Positions 48,995 to 59,697 are shown, counted from the first letter of the stretch. The stretch: DNA of 64,000 nt from Candidatus Latescibacterota bacterium (GCA_965223905.1 CBDCXV010000011.1:1472001-1536000); one strand, 5' to 3'. Made by a program: numbers and translations. Notes: a model not told the origin generated them from the letters alone.

Positions 48995-49753
48995 ATGGCA
49001 GTGGAACGAGACAGTGCAGCAGACGACGTGCAGCCCGGTCCGGTAACTGAAGCCCGGCGCCGCGGCCGCGGCCCCCTGATCTGGCTGGCCGGGGACCCGG
49101 AGGACCTGAAGGAGTGGATGCCCCTCGGCATCGCCGGCATCGTCACCAACACGGTTGTGCTCAACCAGATGGTCAAGAAGTACGGCCCGGTGATCGACGT
49201 CGTGAAGGCCTACCTCGACATCACCGACAAGCCGCTGGTGGTCGAAATCGACGGCCATAGCGTCGAGGAGCTGCTCGACGTCGGCGGCGTCTTCACCGCG
49301 ATGTCGGACCAGGTCATCCTCAAGATCCCCTGCACCGTGAACGGCCTCAAGGCGTTCGCCGCCTTCCGCGACGAAGGGGTGGAAACCTACTGCACCACCT
49401 GCTTCTCGCTGACCCAGGCCGCGGCCGTCGCCCAGGCCGGCGTCAACCACATCCTGCCGTTCTGCGATCCCGTGAAAGCGGTCGGAGGGGATCCCACCAA
49501 GCTCATCCGCGAGTGCGTGCGGATGTTCGGCGGCTGGGAGCAGCGCCCCTTCATCCAGGCCGCCCTGATCCGCTCGGTGGATACCGCGTACGCCGCCTTC
49601 CGCGACGGCTGCGACGAGCTCGTCACCATGTGGACGGTCTACCGCGACATGATGGAGCATCCGCTCACCGATCAGTGGAACAAGACCTTCATGGACGAGT
49701 GGGTCGACATGCACGAGAACGGCATGCTCGAGGGGCTGCCTGTGCGCCTGTAG
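48995..49753 (+). CDS. Transaldolase/fructose-6-phosphate aldolase family
   Basis: GIVTN, VILKIP (Schiff-base Lys), GL.A, T.CFS..QA; GGAGG RBS. Confidence 0.8.
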   Translation: MAVERDSAADDVQPGPVTEARRRGRGPLIWLAGDPEDLKEWMPLGIAGIVTNTVVLNQMVKKYGPVIDVVKAYLDITDKPLVVEIDGHSVEELLDVGGVFTAMSDQVILKIPCTVNGLKAFAAFRDEGVETYCTTCFSLTQAAAVAQAGVNHILPFCDPVKAVGGDPTKLIRECVRMFGGWEQRPFIQAALIRSVDTAYAAFRDGCDELVTMWTVYRDMMEHPLTDQWNKTFMDEWVDMHENGMLEGLPVRL

Positions 49754-49786
49754 CCGGATCCTGCACCGGGATAGCAGGGAGTTCCC

Positions 49787-50971
49787 ATGGAATGGCGCGA
49801 TATCGCCAGGCGCATCGAGGCGGGTGAGGACGGGAAGACCGAATTCAAACGCGGCCTCGCTGAGCTTTCCGCAATCGGCCGGGCGGTCTGCGCCTTCGCC
49901 AACGCCGAAGGCGGGCTGATCGTCCTCGGGGTCGACGACCGCGGTGCTATCGTCGGGGTGAGAGAGGACCCGGATTCAGCGCAGGAACGGCTGACCGGCT
50001 TTCTCCACTCGGGATGCAGCGCCCCGGTTCCCGGACGCTGCGGGCGGCACCACCATGCGAACGGATGGGTGCATTGGATCGAGGTCCCCCGCCAGCGGGG
50101 GTTCGAGCCGCTTCACCATCGGGGGCGCGTCTGGATCAGGCGCGGACGCAGCAGCGTCGAGCCGTCGCCGACCGAGCTCCAGGAGTTGTACAACACCTTC
50201 GGCTTCGTTCTGACGGAAGAGCAGGTCATTCCCTCGGCGAGCATCGAGGACATCGACGCCGGAGCCTTCCGTTCCTTCCTGGGCGCCCAGGGCCTGGACA
50301 CCGAAGAACAACCGCAGCCGGCCATCGCCGACGATCTGCGCAACCGGCGCATTCTCGCCGAGTTCGACGGGGCCTTGCGCCCTACGCTCTACGGATTGAT
50401 GGCCTTCGGCAAGGAACCGCAGGCCCACCCCCAGACCGCGAGTTTCTTCGTCCAGTGCACCGCCTATATCGCCGAGGACCGGGCTTCGGAGGTCATTCTC
50501 GCGGGAGAGGGAAAGGGCCGTCTCGACGAGCAGATACGCCGGGCCGCCGGATGGGTTCGGGGGCTGGGATGGACCGAGCGCTACCACGGCCTCGAACGAG
50601 AGGACAGGCCGCTGGTCCCCGAAAAGGCGTTGCGCGAGGCAATCGTCAACGCCGTCGTCCACCGCGATTACGCGATTACCGGATCGAAGGTCCTGCTCGA
50701 GGTATTCCGGAACCGCATCGACGTGACCAGCCCGGGCACCCTCCCGAACCACATGAGGGTCGAGAACGTCCGCTCGGGCGGAAACCCCAGGTCGCGAAAC
50801 GAGCTGATGGCGAACGCCGTCCTCGTCGCCCGCCTGATGGAGCAACGGGGACGGGGATGGCCGGTGATGCGGCAAGCGATGCGGGAGTTCAACGGCACCG
50901 AGCCGGAGCTCGTGCAGGACGAGGGCGGGAAGTTCGTGCGGGTTACGTTCCGTTTACGGGCGGAAAGGTAG
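49787..50971 (+). CDS. Schlafen/AlbA_2 domain + HATPase_c_4 (RecG C-terminal-like) protein
   Basis: GEDGKTEFK, VCAFAN.EGG.IVLGVDD, ALREAIVNAVVHRDY, SPG.LP, SRN, EQRGRG. Confidence 0.88.
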   Translation: MEWRDIARRIEAGEDGKTEFKRGLAELSAIGRAVCAFANAEGGLIVLGVDDRGAIVGVREDPDSAQERLTGFLHSGCSAPVPGRCGRHHHANGWVHWIEVPRQRGFEPLHHRGRVWIRRGRSSVEPSPTELQELYNTFGFVLTEEQVIPSASIEDIDAGAFRSFLGAQGLDTEEQPQPAIADDLRNRRILAEFDGALRPTLYGLMAFGKEPQAHPQTASFFVQCTAYIAEDRASEVILAGEGKGRLDEQIRRAAGWVRGLGWTERYHGLEREDRPLVPEKALREAIVNAVVHRDYAITGSKVLLEVFRNRIDVTSPGTLPNHMRVENVRSGGNPRSRNELMANAVLVARLMEQRGRGWPVMRQAMREFNGTEPELVQDEGGKFVRVTFRLRAER

Positions 50972-50973
50972 GG

Positions 50974-52865
50974 GTGCCAGCCGTGGTTGAACTGCGGCCC
51001 TACCAGAGTGATCTGCTGCAGAAGGTCCAGGCCGCTCTGGCCACCGACGAAAAAGCGCGGGTGATGATGCAATTGCCCACCGGCGGCGGCAAGACCATCA
51101 TCGCCGGGGAACTGCTGCACTCCTGGCTCACAGGCGGGCGCAAGGCGGTTTGGCTGACCCATCGCAAGGAACTTTCCGAGCAGACATGCGGGATGCTGAC
51201 CGAGGCCCGGATTCCGGCAATGACCGACGTGAAATGGACGCCCGGAACCGATGCCCCGGCTATGAGTCATGGCGCCGTCATCCTGATGGCTCAGACAGTG
51301 GGCAGGCGAACCTCCAGGAGGGAAGTTTGGAACAGGTATAACGCCAACGACCTGATGGTGATTGACGAAGCCCACCACGCTGCGGCGGAAGGTTGGGAGC
51401 GGGCAATGCAGCAATGGCCGGGCCGCATTGTAGGTATGACTGCCACACCATGGCGGTTGTCGAAAAAAGAGGGATTCGACCACCTGTTTAGCGGGTTGTG
51501 CTGCGGACCTCAGGTCGCTGAATTGCAGGGAGACGATTGGCTGTGCGGTTCCCAGACCCTGTTGCCTCCCTTGGAGCGAAGGATCATCGGCGGCGAGTTG
51601 GACCGCACCGGAGATTTCACTGAAGCGGGAATTGAACGGACAAATCACCACAGTGTGATGACCGCGGGCGTGTGGGAATTCTGGAAAAAGCATGCCGGCG
51701 GCCGGCCAACCATCGCCTACGCCGTTTCAGTGGACCACGCTCATAACCTGACCGCCGTATTCAACAAAGACGGCATCTCCTCGGCCTCGATTCTCGGCGA
51801 TACCAACAGCGAAGACAGAAACAAAGCGATAGCCGGTTTCAGGGATGGTACGATCAAAGTGCTGGTCACGTCATCGTCGCAACCGAGGGGTTTGACCTGC
51901 CCGATGCATCCTGCATCGTAATTGCCCGCCCTACGATGAGCCTTGCCCTGTACTTGCAGATGGTAGGCCGGGGATTGCGCCCGAAAGATGACACCTGTCT
52001 GATCCTGGATTTGGCTGCCAATTCAGTAACCCACGGATTGCCCGAGGATTACCGGGAATGGTCTTTGAAGCCGCGTGCAGAGGATTCGCCTGGTGAGGCA
52101 CCGGTGGTCTGGTGTCCGGAATGCGAAAGCGTATCCCCTGCTGCCAGTCATTGTTGCCCGAACTGCGGATACGCTTTCGGTAAAGACTGCGGACGTTGCG
52201 GCAAATGGCGGGCATGGAAACGATGGGAATTTGAAAACCACTGCGGGGACGCCCACGAGTTGGTGTGCGACCTGTGCCACATTGATGCCCATATACAGGC
52301 GCATTTACCCGTTATCCCACCACTTGACGAGTTGGTTGGCCTTGAGGACATGGAGGACGGCCCTATGAATCCCCCTGACGACGACCTTGCCATCCGGCTG
52401 TCTGCTCTGCTGAAAGAGCTGTTGGAAGCTGAGCGGCTTAGCGTTACTGGTGCCAACAAGGATCGTCGACTCGAACTGCTTGAGAAGATTGAGCGGCGGG
52501 AAGCGGAATTGACAGATGATGACGAATTGGATGCACTGTTCGGAACATATATAGCTGACCTGCCAGAAACGAAGAGACCGAAGAGCCGAGTACAGGAACG
52601 CCGCATTTTCAACCGTTGGGAAGAGACCCTCAAGTCGGAACTGACGGACTGGAAAAAAAGACTCACAAACCTGGAGAGTCAGCCGATTGACAAGCAGGCA
52701 ATATTCACCACCGCATGCCAAAAAACCATGCACCTGTTGCGGCGTGAAGCACATGCCGCCGGCCTACTGCCACCAGAAGGAAGATCAGAACCATCAGACC
52801 AGGATGGGGACAGTAGAAAATGGAGGGACAATAACTCCTCAGCCTCCAAGGCCTACTGGGCCTAA
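50974..52865 (+). CDS. SF2 DEAD/DEAH helicase with Cys-rich zinc-finger region; frameshift at ~51868
   Basis: LRPYQ, LPTGGGKT, IDEAHH, MTATP. Adding one A at 51868 gives [41 protein letters not shown]; then CPEC/CPNC/CGRC/CDLC. Confidence 0.85.
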
Positions 52866-53133
52866 AGGGAATGAGGCCCTGAAAGATTATCTGATACCAG
52901 TTATCCGACTGATGAGAGATGGAAAACGCTACGCCGAGGCTTGCAGGTTAGTAGCTGCAAATCTGAAAGTCACCACGAACACCGTTCGCGATCGAACAAC
53001 GCGGGGTTTGGGAATCAATACTCAAAATTTTAATGAGTATGTCGAGAATGGTCGGATTATTAGGTTATTGAAAAATATATATCCCCAGCATATTGAATTA
53101 ATAAAGTCTGAATTGGAGCCTTTGTATTGTTGA
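52804..53133 (+). CDS. Small AT-rich HTH-like protein, or a frameshifted helicase tail
   Basis: LKDYLIPVIRLMRDGKRYAEACRLVAANLKVTTNTVRDRTTRGLGI in the frame overlapping the helicase end. Confidence 0.45.
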   Translation: MGTVENGGTITPQPPRPTGPKGNEALKDYLIPVIRLMRDGKRYAEACRLVAANLKVTTNTVRDRTTRGLGINTQNFNEYVENGRIIRLLKNIYPQHIELIKSELEPLYC

Positions 53134-53138
53134 AAAGC

Positions 53139-54038
53139 ATGTTCAGAATTCGCCCAGACGACGCTGAGAGAAGGGCCCAGGCCTTCGGCGGCAGCCGCCT
53201 CGAGGAGATCCTGGAGGCGATGGACCGGGACGGCCTCGTCGTGCTCGAGGAGGTGGTGAACCCTGAGCACGTGGAAAGGCTGGCGGTGCGGATGCGGGCG
53301 GACATGGACGAGGTGAGGGGGCGGCGCCCGATCGGCGAGGAGTCGTCGAACGAGAGCCTGCCTCCGCCGTTGAACCACCCCTGGCTGTTTCGCGACGTCT
53401 GCTTCAACGAGTTCGCGATTCAGGTCACCCACGCCGTGCTCGGGGACGGGCTCTACTGGAACTTCTACAGCTCCAACACCGTGCATCCCCGCGAAACCCG
53501 GAAGCAGAACATCCATCAGGACGCCAGGCCCCTGTTCGTCGGGGAGACCGACAAGCCGCTGCCCCCGCACAACCTCGTTATCAACATCCCCCTGACCGAC
53601 TTCACCGAGGCCAACGGCGCCACCGAGGTCTGGCTCGGCTCGCACAGGGAAACGCGCCGGCTCGAGGTCGGCGGGGGCGAGTACGAAGAGATGCTCGCCG
53701 AGCACCGGAAGCGGGACCTGATCGTACAGGCCACCGCGAAGAAAGGCTCGCTGATCATCCGCGACATGCGCCTCTACCACGGCGGCATGCCCAACCGCAC
53801 CGGCGAGCTGCGGCAGATGATCGCCATGGTCTACAACCGCTACTTCTACCGCGTGCTCTGCTGGATGCCGTTCGCCAGGGGCATGGCAGATTTCTTCCGG
53901 CACCCGGTCCTGCAAGCGCTGTGCACCTTCTTCGATGCGGAAGAGCTGGGCACGGACTACGTCTACGAGCGGCAGAAGAAGGGGCTCCCCGAGCTGTCGC
54001 AGGTGCCGGGAGTCGTCTGCGGCGGGACCCGGGCCTGA
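53139..54038 (+). CDS. PhyH-family oxygenase
   Basis: DRDGLVVL, IHQD, VINIPLTDFTEANGATEVWLGSH, KGSLIIRD.RLYHGG.PN. Confidence 0.9.
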   Translation: MFRIRPDDAERRAQAFGGSRLEEILEAMDRDGLVVLEEVVNPEHVERLAVRMRADMDEVRGRRPIGEESSNESLPPPLNHPWLFRDVCFNEFAIQVTHAVLGDGLYWNFYSSNTVHPRETRKQNIHQDARPLFVGETDKPLPPHNLVINIPLTDFTEANGATEVWLGSHRETRRLEVGGGEYEEMLAEHRKRDLIVQATAKKGSLIIRDMRLYHGGMPNRTGELRQMIAMVYNRYFYRVLCWMPFARGMADFFRHPVLQALCTFFDAEELGTDYVYERQKKGLPELSQVPGVVCGGTRA

Positions 54039-54216
54039 AGCGAGCGACCGTTCCGAAGGAGCAAGCGAGGCCATTGCTACAGGGTTCAATTGCGTCACCT
54101 TCATATCCATTTCCGGGTACGTAAACGGCGCCGACACCATGCGAAGTCGGGCGACATTTTGCGCACCGAACCGAGATACGATACGATACTTCGAGTTTGA
54201 ATCAGGAGTACCGGCT

Positions 54217-55422
54217 ATGGTCATCGAGCAAATTCACATCCAGAACTTCAAGGCGCTCAAAAACGTCGAGCTGAGGAACCTGCCCTCGCTGGCGGTTTTC
54301 GTCGGTCGGAACGGGACAGGGAAAACCACCTTGTTTCGCGTATTCTCGTTTTTGAAAAACTGTTTGGCGAACAACGTGCGTGTCGCCTTGCAAAACGAAG
54401 GCGGTTTCAACGGATTCAAGGAAGTGATTACCCGAGACACCGACACGTTAGATAGCATTGTCATCGAACTCAAGATTCGTATGTCAATAGCCGAAAGAGA
54501 GCGCTTGGTGACCTATCGCTTGGAAATCGGCCTGGAAGAGGGAGGCCCGATGGTTCGCCGCGAAATACTGCGCTACAAGCGTGCTTCTTATGGAGCGCCA
54601 TTTCACTTCATCGATTTTACCGGTGGCAAAGGCGCTGCGGTCAACAACGAAGAGGATTTCAGTAAACCCGACAAGGAGCTGACCAGGGAACAACAGGCGG
54701 TTGATCCGGACGTGCTGGCCATCAGCAGTCTCGGACAACTGGAGCGCTTCAAGGCCGCAAGGGCATTTCGGGATCTGATAGAGAACTGGCATATTTCGGA
54801 TTTCCATATCAACGACGCGCGCGGCAGGAAAAGCCTCGAGCCGGGCTTTCATCTTTCCAGTTCCGGAGACAATCTGCCTTCGGTGGCCCATCATCTCAAG
54901 GAAAGTTATCCCAATATTTTTGCAGAAGTACTGGAAAAGATGCGCCAGAGAGTCCCCGGCATCTCTCGTATCGAAGCCAAAACCGCGGAGGATGGAAGCT
55001 TGCTGATTCGCTACGCCGACGGGGCTTTCAAGGATCCCTTTCTCGATTTCAACGTTTCAGACGGCACCATAAAGATGTTCGCCTATCTCCTGCTGCTACA
55101 TGACCCTGAGCCTCACAAAATCCTCTGTGTCGAGCAACCAGAAAACCAATTGTACCCAAGGCTGATGAATATCCTTGCAGAAGAATTTGAGGAATATGCT
55201 CGCAGAGGAGGTCAGGTGTTTGTCTCCACACATTCACCACAATTTCTCAACGCCATACCGGTGGAGAGCCTGTTCTTCATTGGAAAACATGAAGGCGTGT
55301 CGAAAATCCTGCCTTTTTCCTCGGACCCGCTAGTCAGCGAACAGCTTATGGCGGGGGACAAGGCGGGTTACCTGTGGGAACAAGGAATGCTGAAGGGGTT
55401 CGCTGAAAGAGCCGCACAATGA
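54217..55422 (+). CDS. AAA_21 / ABC-type ATPase
   Basis: I..I.IQNFKAL, GRNGTGKTT, VSDGT signature, LCVEQPEN Walker B, STHS; AGGAG RBS. Confidence 0.88.
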   Translation: MVIEQIHIQNFKALKNVELRNLPSLAVFVGRNGTGKTTLFRVFSFLKNCLANNVRVALQNEGGFNGFKEVITRDTDTLDSIVIELKIRMSIAERERLVTYRLEIGLEEGGPMVRREILRYKRASYGAPFHFIDFTGGKGAAVNNEEDFSKPDKELTREQQAVDPDVLAISSLGQLERFKAARAFRDLIENWHISDFHINDARGRKSLEPGFHLSSSGDNLPSVAHHLKESYPNIFAEVLEKMRQRVPGISRIEAKTAEDGSLLIRYADGAFKDPFLDFNVSDGTIKMFAYLLLLHDPEPHKILCVEQPENQLYPRLMNILAEEFEEYARRGGQVFVSTHSPQFLNAIPVESLFFIGKHEGVSKILPFSSDPLVSEQLMAGDKAGYLWEQGMLKGFAERAAQ

Positions 55423-55968
55423 TCGTTCTCCTTACTGAGGAACCCTCCATGGAAGAATACTTGGAAATAATCGTTTCGGAGTTGTGGCCCAATTCCATTC
55501 CCGGGGTGGACTAGTTGGTTCTGTCCTTTCAGGGAAAAAGAGACCTCGAACAGTCAATTCCCAAAAAAATGAAGGGATGGGAACTATGGATGTCCGAACT
55601 TTATTATCTTGAGGGACAATGATGGCGGTGATTGTTTCGCGATCAAGCAAAAATTATGTGCTATAGCGGAACAATCTGATAAACCTTTTCACGTGGGAAT
55701 TGTATGCCAGCAGTTGGAGAGCTGGCTGCTTGGCGACCTGCAGGCCATCAAGCAAGCCTATCCGAAGGCGCCCATTAAAGACAAGGCGAAGTTCCGGGAC
55801 CCTGACCGGTTGACGAACGCCTCGCAGGAATTGGCGAACTTGATCAATGTCCGGGCAAAGATCGAACGGGCAAAGAACATCGGCAGGCATCTCAATTTTA
55901 AGGAAAACCGCTCCCGCAGCTTTCACGTATTTATAAACACCTTTACACAATTGGTCCACTCTGCTTGA
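55419..55968 (+). pseudogene. DUF4276 (TOPRIM-like) gene with a nonsense codon and a frameshift
   Basis: ATGA overlap with the ATPase stop; MIVLLTEEPSMEEYL..VD*(TAG 55512)LVLSFQGKRDLEQSIPKKMKGW, +1 shift near 55580, then FIILRDNDGGDC..LESWLLGD..NRSRSF. Confidence 0.8.
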
Positions 55969-56058
55969 CAACCTGATAGCGCTCAATTCTTCGTTTCCGG
56001 TCCCGGCAAACCCTGCCAGCCAAGCAAAGGGGAAGTCAACAACTATTCATCCTCATGT

Positions 56059-57651
56059 CTAAGCCGACAGCCGGTCGAGGATATTGCGCGTGATGCGGTC
56101 CACCGCGGGATCGCCCCCCTTCAGCCCCATGCACCAGTCGGTGCACCCGGTCGTCACCACGGTTCCCCCGCGGCTGAAGGCGCCCAGGACCGCGGCCCCC
56201 TCAGTCAGCCGCCGCCCGCCGCCGGGGCCGTAAATCGCTTCCGAGGCCATGGCGATCGAGTCGTCGGCGTCGCTGAGGGAAGCCGGCGCGGTGGCGAGGA
56301 TCTCGAAGCTGTCCGGGGTGCCGTCGCGGCAGGTCGGGACCGGCAGGCCGCCGGCCAGCTCGAACTCGCAGCCGTCGCACTCGTAGCTGACGATCCGGTC
56401 CTTCTCCCCGAGCAGGTCCCCCTGTTTGAGCCCGGTCCCGGCGAACAGCCAGTGGCCGGGGCGGTGGACGGTGTAGGCCCCGGTCTGGGGGGTTCCTGAA
56501 AAGAAGCCGTGGTACCCGCCGTAGGCGAAGCTGACCCCGGTGAGCCGGTTCTCGGGGCGGCCGATGAGGCGATGGCACCAGAGGGTCGACAGGGTGGCGT
56601 GGTCCCCGGAGGCGAAGTGCGGATCCCTTTCGATCTCCTCCTTCCAGCAGACCAGGGCGCGGCCTTCCTCCTCGCTGCGCACCTGCCACCAGCTGACGTT
56701 GCCGCTGAAGAAGGCGGCGTTGCCGCCGGCGCCGACGAACCCCTCCAGGCTGTCCCGCATCGGCGCCGACCAGTACTCGTCGTGCCCGACCGACAGCACC
56801 AGCCGGTACTCTTCCAGCAGCTCGGGTGTGCTCTCGAGGTCGCCGTTCACCGCGTAGTCGATGGCGTACCCGGCCGCCTCGGCCCAGGCGACGAAGTGCC
56901 GCTCCCAGCGATGCCAGCAGCTCAGCCAGGTCGAAAAGCCGTCGAGTACAAAAAGCTCGTCCTCCAGGTTCTCCACCGTCGACAGGAAGCCGACGTCGAG
57001 GATGTGCCAGCGCTCTCCGGGGCGCTCGACGTGCACCCTGGCCCAGGGGGAAACCGGAACCCCTCCCGCGGCCAGCGATTCGGCCAGGGCCTCCGAAACG
57101 ATCCCCCGGTCGAGGTCCGCGGCGAACTCCACGCTCACCGGGAACAGGAACCGTTCCTTGCCGGGAAACCCGGCGAAAGGCCGCTCGAAGGAGAGCCTGC
57201 GCGCAGGCCCCTGCGGGCCGTTGTAGAAGGTGGAGCCGCCAAAGGAGTTGTAGGCGGCTTCCGTGTTGGTCGGCCGCTGCAGCAGGATCGCGGCGTCGCG
57301 CCCGGGATGGGCGGAGCGCACGACAAAGGCCGCCTCCCCGCCCACCCCGAAGCCGGCCTCGTCCTCTCCCCGCAGCAGGGCGCTGTAGTACCCGGACGGC
57401 CAGTCATCGGCTACCGGAACGGCGAACGACACCGGCCAGCCGCAGCCCCTCTCCGAGGCGTCCGCGGGCACGGGATGCTCCCTGCCGGGAAGGCCCCAGC
57501 GCCTCCAGACCACCTCCCGGGTCGCCCCGATACGGGCGATCTCCACGCCGTAGAAAGGCAGATCGGTGGAGACGCAGAAGCCGATCTCGCCCCCCTGCGG
57601 CACGCTGAGCCGGTCGGTGTAGGCGTGGATGAAGGGGTCCTGTGCGGTCAT
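56059..57651 (-). CDS. N,N-dimethylformamidase beta-subunit-like (DUF6605) protein
   Basis: WPSGYY, NT.AAYN.FGG, LSFERP, LSVGHDEYWS, GGNAAFFSGN..WQVR, YECDG. Confidence 0.8.
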   Translation of the reverse strand: MTAQDPFIHAYTDRLSVPQGGEIGFCVSTDLPFYGVEIARIGATREVVWRRWGLPGREHPVPADASERGCGWPVSFAVPVADDWPSGYYSALLRGEDEAGFGVGGEAAFVVRSAHPGRDAAILLQRPTNTEAAYNSFGGSTFYNGPQGPARRLSFERPFAGFPGKERFLFPVSVEFAADLDRGIVSEALAESLAAGGVPVSPWARVHVERPGERWHILDVGFLSTVENLEDELFVLDGFSTWLSCWHRWERHFVAWAEAAGYAIDYAVNGDLESTPELLEEYRLVLSVGHDEYWSAPMRDSLEGFVGAGGNAAFFSGNVSWWQVRSEEEGRALVCWKEEIERDPHFASGDHATLSTLWCHRLIGRPENRLTGVSFAYGGYHGFFSGTPQTGAYTVHRPGHWLFAGTGLKQGDLLGEKDRIVSYECDGCEFELAGGLPVPTCRDGTPDSFEILATAPASLSDADDSIAMASEAIYGPGGGRRLTEGAAVLGAFSRGGTVVTTGCTDWCMGLKGGDPAVDRITRNILDRLSA

Positions 57652-58466
57652 GACGCGTCCCCTCCCTGGCGCGACAACCCGAGGTCCCGCACCCCCTGCA
57701 CGACCGCGGCGGCCCCCTCGCTGATGTGGCTGGTCGTATCGCCGAGGGCGAACCACTGCACCCCTTTGGCGAACCAGTCGCGGACGGTGCCGGGGTCGAA
57801 GCCGATGGAGGTGCGGACCAGCAGGCCGGAGGCGGAGGCCTTGGCGATCACGGTGTCGATCATCGCCGCGACCTCGGGGTCGTTGCGGTTTCCGTGCTTG
57901 CCAACCGACGCCGACAGGTCGCCCGGGCCGAGCACGATGCCGTGGACCCCGGGAGTCGCCAGGATGCCATCGAGATTGCGCACCGCCTCGACGTGCTCGA
58001 TCTGGAGAATGCAGAGCACCTGATCCCCGGCGGCGGCGACGTAGTCGCCCGCCGAATCGAAGTACATCATGTTGCGGACCGGGCCCCAGCCGCGCACCCC
58101 CTCGGGCGGATAGCGGAAGGCCCGCACCGCGGCCGCGGCCTCTTCGGCGGTGCAGACCATCGGCACGATAATCCCGGCCGGCGCCAGGTCGATGACGCGC
58201 TTGATGAGGACGGCGTCGTTCCAGCCGACGCGGACCAGGGCCGGCACCTGGGCGGCGCGCGCCGCCAGCAGGTGGGCGAGCACGGAGGGCAGGTCGAGGT
58301 GGGCGTGTTCGGTCTCGATCCAGAGGAAGTCGCTGCCGGCCTCGGCGGCGGCCTCGGAAGCGAGCGGATCGGTCAGCGTGATCTCGGTGCCGACCACCGG
58401 CCGGCCCTCGGCCACCGCCTCTCTGAAGCGCTCGACATGGTTGACGGATTTGCTTTGCTGTTCCAC
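57648..58466 (-). CDS. HpcH/HpaI aldolase family
   Basis: DFLWIETEH, LVRV, GIIVPMV, YPPEGVRG, QIEH.EAV.N, GPGDLS. Confidence 0.88.
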   Translation of the reverse strand: MEQQSKSVNHVERFREAVAEGRPVVGTEITLTDPLASEAAAEAGSDFLWIETEHAHLDLPSVLAHLLAARAAQVPALVRVGWNDAVLIKRVIDLAPAGIIVPMVCTAEEAAAAVRAFRYPPEGVRGWGPVRNMMYFDSAGDYVAAAGDQVLCILQIEHVEAVRNLDGILATPGVHGIVLGPGDLSASVGKHGNRNDPEVAAMIDTVIAKASASGLLVRTSIGFDPGTVRDWFAKGVQWFALGDTTSHISEGAAAVVQGVRDLGLSRQGGDAS

Positions 58467-58584
58467 AGGCACCTCGGCATTTCGGGCCGCCGGTCCGCCC
58501 TCCGGCGCTCCGGGGGCAGCCACGCTCGCGGCGGCCTCAGGGGGTTCTATGCTATCGCAGACGGGATTGCCACGGGGCCAACCC

Positions 58585-59697
58585 TCAACCCGCCAGCGGG
58601 TGAACGCGGTCCTGCAGCGGGATGGAAAGCCGCACACCTCCGGCGAGGTGGGAGGCATACACCCCCTGGACCATTTCGACGGTGTAGCGGACCGACCGGA
58701 TGCTCGACAGGGGCTCGCGGTCCCCGGCGATGGCCGCCATCAGATCGCGGGCCAGAATCCTGTTGCCGGCGTGCAGGAAGTTCTTCCCCTGCACCTCGGC
58801 GAAATGCGCCTCCTCGTGCCAGCCGGGAATCGTCAAACGCTCCCAGCCGAACCCGAGGTCCGGCAGCACCCGCGGCGCCGGATAGAGGAACACCTCCCCC
58901 GGCTGGCGCAGCTCGAGGCGGGCGCGCTCGCACTCGAGCGCCACCCCGAAGAGGTCGCCGATGCCGCGCTCGGGAGCGGCGAGGCCCGCGGTCGAGTCCC
59001 AGAAGCCGCGGGCGCCGTCGTCGAAGCCGAACATCGCCGAGATCGAGTCCCCGGCCATGAGACCGACCGAACCGTTGCGGGCGTCGCCGGCGGCCGCGTC
59101 CCGGTCCCCGACGGCCACGTGCCCGCTGACCCAGCGCGGCGGGCCGGCGAAGGCGATCATCAGGTCGAACATGTGGGTGCCGTGCAGAAGCAGCTCCTCG
59201 CCGCCGCCGCGGCTGTCGTCCTTGGGTCGGCCCCAGAGGCGCAGCAGGCGGCCGTGCTCCCCGGCGGCGACCTCGCGGATCGCCCGCTGCACCGGCGCCA
59301 TGGCCCGCCACTGGTGGGCGACCCCGACCTTGAGGTTGTCCGGCTCGACCGCGGCGAGGATGGCGTCGATTTCGGCGAGACTTCCCGCTGCCGGTTTCTC
59401 CAGGTAGATGTGGCAGCCCGCCCCGGCGGCCGCCTCGACCATCGGCACGCGCTCCCCGACCCACCCGGGGGCGATGACGCAGATGTCGGGCTTTTCGGCC
59501 TCCAGCATCCTGCGGTAGTCGGTGTAGAGCCGCGACACCCCGATCTTCTCCCCCGCGGCGGCCAATCCCTCGGGGTCGTGGTCCGCGGCGGCGACGACGC
59601 GCGCCTCCTCGAGACCGCGGAAGGCGAGGTCGAGGCCGTGGGCGAAGCCGCCGCGGCCGGTCGAGCCGATGACGGCGACGCGGTACCGGTCAGGCAA
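58585..59697 (-). CDS. Gfo/Idh/MocA oxidoreductase
   Basis: VAVIGSTGRGG, YLEKP, GGEELLLHGTHMFD. Confidence 0.88.
   Translation of the reverse strand: MPDRYRVAVIGSTGRGGFAHGLDLAFRGLEEARVVAAADHDPEGLAAAGEKIGVSRLYTDYRRMLEAEKPDICVIAPGWVGERVPMVEAAAGAGCHIYLEKPAAGSLAEIDAILAAVEPDNLKVGVAHQWRAMAPVQRAIREVAAGEHGRLLRLWGRPKDDSRGGGEELLLHGTHMFDLMIAFAGPPRWVSGHVAVGDRDAAAGDARNGSVGLMAGDSISAMFGFDDGARGFWDSTAGLAAPERGIGDLFGVALECERARLELRQPGEVFLYPAPRVLPDLGFGWERLTIPGWHEEAHFAEVQGKNFLHAGNRILARDLMAAIAGDREPLSSIRSVRYTVEMVQGVYASHLAGGVRLSIPLQDRVHPLAG

Noticed and set aside
50014-50973. N-terminal extension of the helicase
   Set aside because: An off-frame overlap with the AlbA gene, with low-complexity composition.
54175-54190. 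GATAC x3 microrepeat upstream of the ATPase
   Set aside because: Too short to distinguish from chance.
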